Shown here piece by piece: positions 25,935 to 34,725 of a DNA stretch of 51,437 bases. The position numbers were made by a program, and so were the translations under genes. The stretch lies in IMG/VR virus record IMGVR_UViG_3300021378_002534, positions 1 to 51,437 of that record; one strand, 5' to 3'. Below the pieces are notes generated by a model. The model made no database searches, was not told the origin of the DNA, and worked only from the letters and a program-made list of their open reading frames with translations. The stretch comes from a virus. Lineage: Duplodnaviria; Caudoviricetes. Positions within the stretch are counted from its first letter, which is position 1; each line of letters begins with the position of its first letter.

Positions 25935-28384
25935 GTGTATTTAATAACGTGATATTTAAAGAATTTAACCTAACACCAAGAGCGAAGAAAGCCTATAAAG
26001 ATGCTTTTAAACTTTCTAAAGACTTAGAACATAAAAACGTCAACAACCTTCATGTAATGTATGGTTGTATAAAGAATTCTTGTCCTAAATTTAGGAGGTT
26101 TTTGTTAAATAACGGGGTGGCAATAAAAAAGCAGGATGTTTTAGACTGTTTTTCTAAGGCGGAAACAGAACATCAAGACAAATTCTTTGCTAATAGTAAT
26201 TCAGACCCTTGGCATAAAGAGGTTTCTGTTACTATAAAAGACGCCAATCAAACAGCTTCTAATTTAGAGCAATATTATATAGGTATAGAGCATGTGTTCT
26301 TGTCCGTCATCAACAACTCTACTTACATTCTAGAATTGTTTGATGAGCATATATTGGATCTAGAAATGTTTAAAGAAGAGATGAATTCCTTTCTTAAGGA
26401 CGAGGAAGAGACCATCCTTCCATCTTTTATAGATGACTTTATAAACAACTCGGTTTCTTTCTCCGATGAAACGCAAGAAAATTCAAAATCTAATACATCT
26501 GTTGGCGATTCCTTGCCAGATTTTGCTACTAGTTTAAATGGACTTTATTACGAAGGCAAACTGCCTGATGTTTATGGAAGAGATAAAGAAATAGATATTC
26601 TTATAGAAACTATATCGAAGAAAAACAAATGCAATGCAATCTTAACAGGCTCTGCTGGTGTTGGTAAAACTTCTGTGGTAGAAGCTTTGGCTTCTAAAAT
26701 ATCGAAGCTGGATGTACCCTCTAATTTAATTGGCGTTGAGATACTTAGTGTCGATCTAGGTGCCATATTGGCTGGCACTCAATATAGAGGTCAATTCGAG
26801 CAAAGATTTAAGGGAATATTGGATCAAGCTAAAAATAATCCAGGATTAATTCTATTCTTCGACGAAATACACACACTCTTTGGTGCGGGAAGTAATCAAG
26901 AAGGAGGTCTCGACGCTGTAAATATGCTAAAGCCGCTCTTGGCTAGAGGAGATATAAAATGTATAGGATCCACAACTAAAGAAGAGTATTTAAAAATATT
27001 CAACAAGGATGCTGCAATGAAAAGAAGGTTTTTCGAAATAGAAATAGAAGAGCCTTCTAAAGAAGACACAAAAAGTATACTTTATAACTGTAAAAGTAAG
27101 TATGAGAAATTTCATAATGTTAAATTCTCAAAAAACATCATTGATTACATAGTTGATTCTTCTGATGTTCTACTGAGCAACAAAAAATTTCCAGATAAAG
27201 CTTTTGATGTTCTAGATCAGGTAGGTTCCAGGGTTAAGCTTAGAAACGGAAGGGGCAATAAAGAAGCTATAGAGCCTCACAAGCAGTTAGTAAGAACCAT
27301 GTTAGATGACTCATTATCAGAAGATCAATTTAGAGATAAGTTTAAAGAAGTAATGGGTAGTTTTCAAGAAATACTCGAGACCTCAAAAGAAAAACCTATA
27401 AAAATTAAAAAAAATGATGTTAGCGAAATCATATCTGAACACGGAAATGTCTCTATTGACCAAGTCAAGGATTGTTCTAGCGGTTTTAAATCTTTCTTCA
27501 GCAGGATTTCCAGCGAAGTTTTTGGTCAGGACGAAATCTTAACTAACATAGAAAAATCCCTCTCTTGTGCTAAAGCTGGCCTAGTCGATGACGATAAGCC
27601 TTTAGCTAGTATGTTTTTTGTCGGGCCTACAAGTGTAGGCAAGACGCACACAGCAAAAAAAATAGCTAAACATTTCTTTGGTAATGAGAAAGCTATACTT
27701 CAAATAAACATGAGTGAACTTCAAGATAAAACTGGAATCAATAAACTTATAGGTTCGAATGCTGGTTATGTTGGGTATGAAGAAGGAGGGTTGTTGACTA
27801 AGTTTCTTTCTGAGAACCCTAATTCGGTTATACTTTTTGACGAGATAGAAAAAGCAAGTCCAGACATTCTCAATATTTTATTACATATACTTGACGAAGG
27901 TTATGTTGAGGACAGCAAACACAACAAGATTAGTTTCGCAAGCTCTGTAGTAATACTAACGAGCAATATAGGACATAAACAAGCTAATAAAACTAGCATG
28001 GGTTTTGTTCAAGACGAAGAAGACAAAGATTCTTCTTATAAGAAATCCATAAATCAATATCTCAAACCTGAACTTGTTGCGCGGATAAACGATATATTTG
28101 TCTTTGACGATTTATCGGATAGAGAATTCAAGCTGATTATAAAACAGGAGCTAGACAAAATCAAAAACAAATTAGATAAGAATAGAAATATAAAGTTCAA
28201 GTTCAAGAAACAAACAATAGACTTTATTTTTAATATGATTAAATTAAAAAAACTACATGCAAGAGACATAAAAAAATTCATTAAAAATGAAGTTCAAGTT
28301 CCAGTCTCTACTTTTGTTCTTTCTGAGAAAGAAAACTCAGAAATATCAATAAAAGGTGTTGACAACTCAATCAAAGTGTTCTAA
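25931..28384 (+). CDS. clpC: ClpA/ClpC-type Hsp100 AAA+ ATPase
   Basis: Clp N domain (YIGIEH); NBD1 GSAGVGKT/FFDEIH; pore loop GTQYRG; NBD2 GPTSVGKT/LFDEIEK; GYVGY; MGF loop. Confidence 0.9.
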   Translation: MSVFNNVIFKEFNLTPRAKKAYKDAFKLSKDLEHKNVNNLHVMYGCIKNSCPKFRRFLLNNGVAIKKQDVLDCFSKAETEHQDKFFANSNSDPWHKEVSVTIKDANQTASNLEQYYIGIEHVFLSVINNSTYILELFDEHILDLEMFKEEMNSFLKDEEETILPSFIDDFINNSVSFSDETQENSKSNTSVGDSLPDFATSLNGLYYEGKLPDVYGRDKEIDILIETISKKNKCNAILTGSAGVGKTSVVEALASKISKLDVPSNLIGVEILSVDLGAILAGTQYRGQFEQRFKGILDQAKNNPGLILFFDEIHTLFGAGSNQEGGLDAVNMLKPLLARGDIKCIGSTTKEEYLKIFNKDAAMKRRFFEIEIEEPSKEDTKSILYNCKSKYEKFHNVKFSKNIIDYIVDSSDVLLSNKKFPDKAFDVLDQVGSRVKLRNGRGNKEAIEPHKQLVRTMLDDSLSEDQFRDKFKEVMGSFQEILETSKEKPIKIKKNDVSEIISEHGNVSIDQVKDCSSGFKSFFSRISSEVFGQDEILTNIEKSLSCAKAGLVDDDKPLASMFFVGPTSVGKTHTAKKIAKHFFGNEKAILQINMSELQDKTGINKLIGSNAGYVGYEEGGLLTKFLSENPNSVILFDEIEKASPDILNILLHILDEGYVEDSKHNKISFASSVVILTSNIGHKQANKTSMGFVQDEEDKDSSYKKSINQYLKPELVARINDIFVFDDLSDREFKLIIKQELDKIKNKLDKNRNIKFKFKKQTIDFIFNMIKLKKLHARDIKKFIKNEVQVPVSTFVLSEKENSEISIKGVDNSIKVF
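25935..25939 (+). promoter_or_regulatory. GTGTA motif before the clp gene
   Basis: GTGTA-N9-GTG (in-frame GTG at 25949), suggesting an alternative start. Confidence 0.5.
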
Positions 28385-28387
28385 TAT
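28359..28387 (+). promoter_or_regulatory. sigma70-type promoter
   Basis: TTGACA-N17-TAATAT, 9 nt before the ATG at 28397. Confidence 0.75.
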
Positions 28388-28396
28388 AAAGAAGAT

Positions 28397-28621
28397 ATGA
28401 CAAATACAAAACAAAACAAAATCATGAAAGCAATCCGCAACAGCAAAGGTCGTTTCTTCGGTCTTTATACAAAAGCTGGAGAGGCTCTTAATGCTCAGTT
28501 TGTTGCTGAGAGTCCTCAATATGTGACTGTTTTTGATCGCAATGCCAAAACAAAAAGAAAATTTGCAAAAACGAGCCTTAATGGGCTTCGTTTACAAGGT
28601 TCTAAAATTGGATCAGTATAG
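28397..28621 (+). CDS. Small basic hypothetical protein, monocistronic
   Basis: 74 aa, bracketed by its own promoter and terminator. Confidence 0.8.
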   Translation: MTNTKQNKIMKAIRNSKGRFFGLYTKAGEALNAQFVAESPQYVTVFDRNAKTKRKFAKTSLNGLRLQGSKIGSV

Positions 28622-28646
28622 ATTATTCTTTTACGAATCTGAACCC

Positions 28647-28677
28647 AAAAACCTAGGTAGAAATACCTAGGTTTTTT
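28647..28677. terminator. Intrinsic, probably bidirectional, terminator
   Basis: AAAAACCTAGGTA-GAAA-TACCTAGGTTTTTT: perfect stem, GNRA loop, A and U tracts on either side. Confidence 0.88.
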
Positions 28678-28692
28678 ATTATAATAACTGAG

Positions 28693-29766
28693 ATGATACC
28701 TAAAGAATTCTACAACAACGGTCTTTTTTGCTCGGAAATAGAGGGTTGCATGACTGACGATAGCAATTTATTTTACAGTTTAGCATCGCAGCTTTTTGAT
28801 AAAGAAAAAATAGAAGAACCTATATTAGATATAAAGCCAAATGTAGCTAACCTGGACTTCGATTCTTTTGATGTTTTTACAAAAGACCATTGTTATACTG
28901 TCAATGTTTCGTTCGATGATAAGAATTTCTTTTTAAATAATGAAGCTGAGTTTTTAAAAAACAACACGCACGATATTTTACCTGAGTATATTGGCTCTGG
29001 GATCCACAAAATAGGTGAAAATTTAAGTTACTTAATATTCAAAAGCGACAAGGGCTTTTCGATACATGATGTTGGGATCTCTTTTGTTTTCTTATCAAGA
29101 TTTAGATTTATTGAATGTTTGCAATTCTTAAAACCTTTTAATAGCAATGTTTCTTTCCTTGATTATAGTAAATTTATATTTAAACATTTTGACATAAGCT
29201 ACTCTATACCAGAGATTGCTGAAACTAGCATATACAAAGTTCACAAAAAACAAGACATAGAAAAAATAACAAAACCAATTAAAGATTACTTTTATTCATC
29301 TTTAGATTTAGATGTTTTTAAAGGCGACGATTTCTGTCATGGCAACTTAAATATCGACAACATATCTACTAATGGTGATCTTTTTAAGTTTAACGATTTT
29401 CACTGCAGTTTTTCTGGTAATAGATTTCTTGATTTATGTTTTATGTCTTTGAATTTCTCGTATGATAATTATATGTTTACCTGTTTAATAAGAGATTATT
29501 GTGAAATCAATAATTTAGACTACGAGAAATCAAAACCTATCTTCAGATCTTGCTTGCTTGCTGCTTGTTGTGTCTTTATGTATAAAAAAATAAACGAATT
29601 ATTGATAGAGCAGTGTTTATTCGAGAACAAAAGAGAAGACAAAATAACCTCTATACTTTATAGCTTTGACAAAGCCCAATGGTGCTTCAAGAGACTGCCG
29701 TTTTATGATTCAATAAGAAAAAACTTTGAAAAGATTTATCAAAGTCCCACGATGATCCTAGACTAA
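28693..29766 (+). CDS. APH/choline-kinase-like protein with HGNL in place of HGDL
   Basis: Motifs NEAEFL, FCHGNLNIDNI, FNDF and GNRFLDL; TATAAT at 28680-28685 upstream. Confidence 0.7.
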   Translation: MIPKEFYNNGLFCSEIEGCMTDDSNLFYSLASQLFDKEKIEEPILDIKPNVANLDFDSFDVFTKDHCYTVNVSFDDKNFFLNNEAEFLKNNTHDILPEYIGSGIHKIGENLSYLIFKSDKGFSIHDVGISFVFLSRFRFIECLQFLKPFNSNVSFLDYSKFIFKHFDISYSIPEIAETSIYKVHKKQDIEKITKPIKDYFYSSLDLDVFKGDDFCHGNLNIDNISTNGDLFKFNDFHCSFSGNRFLDLCFMSLNFSYDNYMFTCLIRDYCEINNLDYEKSKPIFRSCLLAACCVFMYKKINELLIEQCLFENKREDKITSILYSFDKAQWCFKRLPFYDSIRKNFEKIYQSPTMILD

Positions 29767-29821
29767 ACAAATAATTAGAAAAAACGATTTATTAGCTTAA
29801 TATAATCTAAAACACAACAGC

Positions 29822-30280
29822 ATGCAATTTTACAAACCAAACTCTCAGAATACAGGCACGGCATTCGGATTCAGGATTGGAACTCAAGGTAAGACAGAAA
29901 AACCTTGTCTTTATATGACTGCGGTCAAACAATTCTCCTGGGATTCCAACAAAAGAAGCGGCTCCTTTTCTGGCAACGCTAAAAATCCAGACAAGTGTGC
30001 TATCGTTAAATTTAACGAGTTCGAGATCGGAGGGTTTATCTATGCTATAGAAAACTACGATAAGTTTGGTGCTTTTCATAGCTTCGATGATAACAAAACA
30101 GGGATATCATTGAACCCTTACTCTAAGAAAGATGGCACAAAAGCTTATTCTTTTACCGTTACAAGAAATTCCTCTAATAAATTTGGGATGGGCATTGAGA
30201 TGTCAGAAGCTTATGCTTTATGTCAATACTTTAAATATGTTCTAAATGAAATATTTAAGTTTAACCCAATGTCAAAATAA
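29822..30280 (+). CDS. Putative Whirly/PC4-like ssDNA-binding protein
   Basis: FYK, VKFNEFEIGGFI, AFH, DG...YSFTV and IEMSEAYAL occur in the same order as Whirly motifs (by-eye alignment). Confidence 0.5.
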   Translation: MQFYKPNSQNTGTAFGFRIGTQGKTEKPCLYMTAVKQFSWDSNKRSGSFSGNAKNPDKCAIVKFNEFEIGGFIYAIENYDKFGAFHSFDDNKTGISLNPYSKKDGTKAYSFTVTRNSSNKFGMGIEMSEAYALCQYFKYVLNEIFKFNPMSK

Positions 30281-32139
30281 TGGAAAAGAAAAAAACCATA
30301 CTAATCCACTCAAATTTCTGTAAAGCCTTCACGGGTTTTGGCAAAAACAGCAAAAACATTTTAAAGTATCTCTACAAGACTGGCAAATACAATATTGTCG
30401 AAGCTGCTAACATGAAGAAGGTTGGAGATCCAGCCTTAAAAAAACTACCGTGGAAATGTTTTGGGACCGTCCCTAATAATGTAGAGGGTCTTCCAGAGGA
30501 GAGCAAGCGAGCGGCTGGCTATGGAGGATTGGAGATAGACAACATAATCCAAGAGGTTAGGCCAGACATATATCTAGGTGTAGAAGATATCTGGGCTTTC
30601 ACAGACTTCAATAAAAAACCTTGGTGGGGTAAGGTAACCCCAATGATTTGGACAACTCTCGACAGTCTTCCTATTTTACCTCAAGCTGTTGATTTTGCAC
30701 CGAAACTAGAACATTACTATGTCTGGTCTTCTTTTGCAGAAAAAGCTTTCAAAAAGCTGGGCTATGATAATGTGAAGACTCTTAGGGGTTCTCTAGATAC
30801 AGGAACCTTTAATAGGTTAAAAGAAGAAGACAGGTCTAGATTAAGAACTCAAAATGCAATCGGCAATGATGACTTTATTATTGGTTTTGTTTTTAGAAAT
30901 CAGTTAAGAAAATCTGTACCTAATCTCTTAGATGGATTCAAACTATTTAAAGAAGAACATAAAGAAGCGAAGCTTCTTTTGCACACTAACTGGTCTGAAG
31001 GTTGGGATATCACTAGGTTGATTGAAGAAAAAGGTATACTCAATGACGATATATTGACAACTTATTATTGCCCTTCTTGTAGAGGCTACGAAGTTAAGCC
31101 TTTTTCTGAGGGCAAACAAAGATGCAAACATTGCAACAAACAAGAATCAGAAACAACAAGTGTTTCGAAAGGTGTTTCGGAAACTCAGTTGAATGAAATA
31201 TATAATTTGATGGATGTTTATTGTCACCCATTTACAAGTGGTGGGCAAGAAATACCCGTCCAAGAGGCGAAGCTCACAGAACTGATAACCTTGGTCACGG
31301 ATTATTCTTGCGGCGAAGACAGTTGTTCTGAAGAGAGTGGGGGTTTACCTCTAAGTTGGCACGAATACAGAGAGCCTGGCACTCAATTTATTAAAGCTTC
31401 AACGGACGCTGACAGCATTAATCAAATGCTTAGTACTGTTTACAACATGCCTAAGGGTGAAAAAGAAGAGCAAGAAAAAAAATCCAGACAATGGGTTGTA
31501 GAAAACTTTTCTATTGAAGTTATTGGCAAAAAGCTAGAAGACCTATTTGATGCCATGCCTTACTTAGATCAGTCAGAAGATATAAAAAACCTCCAATACA
31601 ATGAGTTTTATGAAATGCCCGAAGGCCTATCTAATAAAGACTTCATTATAAATCTTTACAAAAACATCTTGAACGATGATGTAGATGAAAGGAATAAAGG
31701 TTACAAGATGTGGTACTCCAAACTAATGTATGGCCAAGTAGATCAGAATGGTCTGTATCATCATTTTATTAATGTTGCCAAAAGAGAAAATTTAAAAAAA
31801 CCAATTTCCTTCGAAGATCTACTTTCTAAAGATGATGCAGGAAGAAGAGTTGCTATCATTGCTCCTGGTTCTGCTACTGATTTATTGCTTATAAACTCTT
31901 TAATTAAAAACCTGCAGAAAAAACATGAAGGACACAATATATATGTATTCACTAAGCCTGAGTTTTTTGAGTATGTAGAGGACAACAGCTATGTTTATAA
32001 ATGTTTGCCCTATTCGAATGTTTTAGATAACCCTGTTTCTCTTGAAGGCTTTGGCGAACACGAAGGCTTCTTCGAGGCAGCTTACTACCCATGTTCTACA
32101 ACTCAAAACGTACCCTGTTACATTCACAACGGAAAATAA
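30280..32139 (+). CDS. Multidomain glycosyltransferase: GT4-like with zinc-ribbon insert, helical DUF4214-like segment, and GT9 N-terminal half
   Basis: TGFG, RNQLRKS, LLLHT, CPSC...CKHC, LNEIYNLMDV and IPVQEA; then FIINLYKNIL; C-terminal RVAII...TDLLLINSLIKNLQKKH...IYVFT. Confidence 0.8.
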   Translation: MEKKKTILIHSNFCKAFTGFGKNSKNILKYLYKTGKYNIVEAANMKKVGDPALKKLPWKCFGTVPNNVEGLPEESKRAAGYGGLEIDNIIQEVRPDIYLGVEDIWAFTDFNKKPWWGKVTPMIWTTLDSLPILPQAVDFAPKLEHYYVWSSFAEKAFKKLGYDNVKTLRGSLDTGTFNRLKEEDRSRLRTQNAIGNDDFIIGFVFRNQLRKSVPNLLDGFKLFKEEHKEAKLLLHTNWSEGWDITRLIEEKGILNDDILTTYYCPSCRGYEVKPFSEGKQRCKHCNKQESETTSVSKGVSETQLNEIYNLMDVYCHPFTSGGQEIPVQEAKLTELITLVTDYSCGEDSCSEESGGLPLSWHEYREPGTQFIKASTDADSINQMLSTVYNMPKGEKEEQEKKSRQWVVENFSIEVIGKKLEDLFDAMPYLDQSEDIKNLQYNEFYEMPEGLSNKDFIINLYKNILNDDVDERNKGYKMWYSKLMYGQVDQNGLYHHFINVAKRENLKKPISFEDLLSKDDAGRRVAIIAPGSATDLLLINSLIKNLQKKHEGHNIYVFTKPEFFEYVEDNSYVYKCLPYSNVLDNPVSLEGFGEHEGFFEAAYYPCSTTQNVPCYIHNGK

Positions 32140-32140
32140 A

Positions 32141-33301
32141 ATGCCACATCTATTAAAAGAATATTCAAAAAACCTAGGAGTTCAGCCAGTTATGCCCATG
32201 GTTAATAGGCATTTTTATCCTATTGAGCCTGATAAGTATATCGTTGTATATAACGAGCAAGATGTACAATCAAAAAATTACAATTACTATCAAATAGCCA
32301 TTAGCCTAATCAAAAATACCCTACAAGAAAGCGGTTATAAAGTTGTGGTTATAGGCTCTTCCAAAAAACTAATAGAAGGTGCTGATCATTACTACCCTAA
32401 TTTATCTTTCAGAAAGTATTGTTATATAATTTCTAAGGCGTCGGCGTTTATATCTGTGGACAATGCATTGACACAGTATGCAAGTTCCTGCAAAGTTCCA
32501 GTCGTTAATCTTTATGGCAATATATACCCCTCTATAACTACTCCTTATTGGGCTAGCAAAAAAAACAAAATAGACCTTGCTCCAGAGTGGGATAAAAAAC
32601 CCTGTTTGTCAGTTATTGACCCTAAAGAATCAATCAATAATATTAAGCCAGAAGTTGTAGCTGGTTCCATACTTAAAGCTTTGGGTTTTCCCGACGATAT
32701 TAAAATTGGTTTTAAAACAAAAAGAATAAATAAAACAAAGTATTTTCAGGTGGACGTAATTCCTACTCGATACGTCAGATCTCCCTTGTTCGATAATAAT
32801 GTTTTAAACATAAGGCTTGATGAAGGAGTAATGAACGAAGAAGCCTTGTTTCATTACTGTACAAATCACGCCTGTAATATAATTACTAAAGATTCATTGC
32901 TGGATTTAAAGTCATTGCAAAGAATTTCTAAGAACATAAAAAGAATTATATTTAAAGCCTCAGAAGTGCCATCTAAAATACCCGAAATATATTTTGAAGT
33001 TCTTAAAAAACTAGGCATAGATTTTATGTTCTTGGTTAGTAATCAAGATATATTAGACGAAATGAGACTGGAGTATTTTGATCAAGATGTAGAATTTATA
33101 GAGACATTGAAAGAGAAGCCTTCTGATTTAAACCTGTCTGATAAGTTCATTTCTTTTAAAACCGTTATAGATGGTGATAAGTCTTACAAATCTTTATCCC
33201 ATTGGAAAAAAAACCTTGACTCAGACAACAATATAATAGATAATCTTAACTACTGGGAAGAACTAGATTACTTTTATATTTATGAGCAAGAAAACAACTA
33301 A
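32141..33301 (+). CDS. Protein beginning with a GT9-like C-terminal half, plus an unknown domain
   Basis: KVVVIG...YCYIISKASAFISVDNALTQYASSCKVPVVNLYG...INNIKPEVV. ATG at 32141, one base after the upstream stop. Confidence 0.7.
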   Translation: MPHLLKEYSKNLGVQPVMPMVNRHFYPIEPDKYIVVYNEQDVQSKNYNYYQIAISLIKNTLQESGYKVVVIGSSKKLIEGADHYYPNLSFRKYCYIISKASAFISVDNALTQYASSCKVPVVNLYGNIYPSITTPYWASKKNKIDLAPEWDKKPCLSVIDPKESINNIKPEVVAGSILKALGFPDDIKIGFKTKRINKTKYFQVDVIPTRYVRSPLFDNNVLNIRLDEGVMNEEALFHYCTNHACNIITKDSLLDLKSLQRISKNIKRIIFKASEVPSKIPEIYFEVLKKLGIDFMFLVSNQDILDEMRLEYFDQDVEFIETLKEKPSDLNLSDKFISFKTVIDGDKSYKSLSHWKKNLDSDNNIIDNLNYWEELDYFYIYEQENN

Positions 33302-34106
33302 GAGAAAAGCCGCAAAGAAAACAACAACTAAGACACAACCAAAAGCTAAAAAGATTTTCGGTCCAGATGTTTACAAGAGAGATCAACATGGTCTTCTTGA
33401 CTGTGTGGATTACATTTTTAATGAGGACGGCTCTGTGAATTGGAGAGCTATGATTAAGCCAGAGTTTCTCTACCCCAACAAGGGTTGGTTTGACATGCGA
33501 GGACAGCAAGTTCCAAGCTCTACAGAGGGTCTTAGAGACAATCAACTTTTGATTATGTTGGGGGGTATCAAAGACCTAGCTAGGTTGAGAGGTTTTCATA
33601 CCGTAGGTTATGATGTAAGAAACGTAGAAGAAGGTTATGTTACCGCTCGTTGTGATATAGAGTGGATTGGCAATTATGAGTCGTCTAATAACAATGTTTG
33701 TTACGAAGATTATGCCAACGCATCTCTAGAAAACACGGATGCATTTTGCGAGAAGTTCTTAGAAACCATTGCTTGCAATAGAGCTTTTGTTCGTTGCGTT
33801 AGGAACTTCCTTAACATCCACATTGTAGGTGCAGATGAGATCGATAAGTCTGGCAATAGATCTTCTCAGGATCAAGACTCAACTCCTGCACAACCATCCA
33901 GCAATTCGCCTATAACGCCTTCTGAGCTTCTTGAAAAGACTTTGAGGGACAAACATAGCGTAGACTCCTTTGATTCGTTTAAAGAGAAACTGAGAGACTT
34001 CTGGAAGGACGGCAAGTATGTTAACGAAGAGGTTAAAAATTGGAGCTCTTTCAAGGATATTCCTGCTAAAGAGTCCAGGAAGCTAATCGGAATACTATCA
34101 AAATGA
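33282..34106 (+). CDS. Putative single-strand annealing protein (Rad52/Redbeta superfamily-like)
   Basis: IMLGGIKDLA...ARCDI...ANAS...ETIACNRAFVRCVRNFLNI...ADEI; basic N-terminal tail. Confidence 0.45.
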   Translation: MSKKTTKRKAAKKTTTKTQPKAKKIFGPDVYKRDQHGLLDCVDYIFNEDGSVNWRAMIKPEFLYPNKGWFDMRGQQVPSSTEGLRDNQLLIMLGGIKDLARLRGFHTVGYDVRNVEEGYVTARCDIEWIGNYESSNNNVCYEDYANASLENTDAFCEKFLETIACNRAFVRCVRNFLNIHIVGADEIDKSGNRSSQDQDSTPAQPSSNSPITPSELLEKTLRDKHSVDSFDSFKEKLRDFWKDGKYVNEEVKNWSSFKDIPAKESRKLIGILSK

Positions 34107-34564
34107 TAGAAAGAGTATTTACTGGTCCAAGATTCAAGGTCTTAATAGATGAAATCTATTCTTTGTTCGAGGAAGATAACAAGAACGAAGCCCATCAATG
34201 TGGTCTTCTTCACGACAAAGAATCTATAATCAGGAACCTTGGTCATGAAAGCCTTCTTCAGTGGGACGTATTTGTTTGGGCTAATAAAAATGAGGAGGGA
34301 AAGTATGACGCTATGATAATTTTCACTAATGACAAAAATGTAAAATTTAATAAGTTTATATTTTCTGAGTTTGTTTGGCTTTCAAAAAACCCTAAAGTTG
34401 GTTATGAATTATTAAAAACAGCTGTCGCTTACGCCAGAGAGAGAGGTTTTGAATATATATCTATCAGCAGCGTAGAGAAAACAAAAAAATCAGAAAGAAA
34501 TGAAAGGCTTTATAAAAAGCTAGGCTTCTTAAAAGATACCACAACATATATATCTAAATTATGA
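34103..34564 (+). CDS. GNAT-family acetyltransferase
   Basis: EFVW...VGYELLKTAVAYARERGFEYI...LYKKLGF. Confidence 0.75.
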   Translation: MIERVFTGPRFKVLIDEIYSLFEEDNKNEAHQCGLLHDKESIIRNLGHESLLQWDVFVWANKNEEGKYDAMIIFTNDKNVKFNKFIFSEFVWLSKNPKVGYELLKTAVAYARERGFEYISISSVEKTKKSERNERLYKKLGFLKDTTTYISKL

Positions 34565-34725
34565 ATAAACAAGCATCAAAAAGAATAAGAAAAATCATTA
34601 ACCCACAGGACGAGGTGACAAGGAGGGTTTATAGAAGAGCTAAAAAGCAATATGTTAAGGTACCTAAAGCTCTTAGGGAAGACTTCTTGAAATCTTTAGA
34701 CTCTATGATTAACGGTGATTCTTAA
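34561..34725 (+). CDS. Small basic 54-aa protein (below the ORF-track cutoff)
   Basis: ATGA overlap with the GNAT stop. Translation MNKQASKRIRKIINPQDEVTRRVYRRAKKQYVKVPKALREDFLKSLDSMINGDS. Its stop abuts the convergent gene. Confidence 0.7.
   Translation: MNKQASKRIRKIINPQDEVTRRVYRRAKKQYVKVPKALREDFLKSLDSMINGDS

Noticed and set aside
32042-32141. Programmed frameshift fusing the two GT9 halves, or a TTG start at 32042
   Set aside because: It would need a +1 shift and no canonical slippery site is evident; ATG 32141 right after the stop fits translational coupling.
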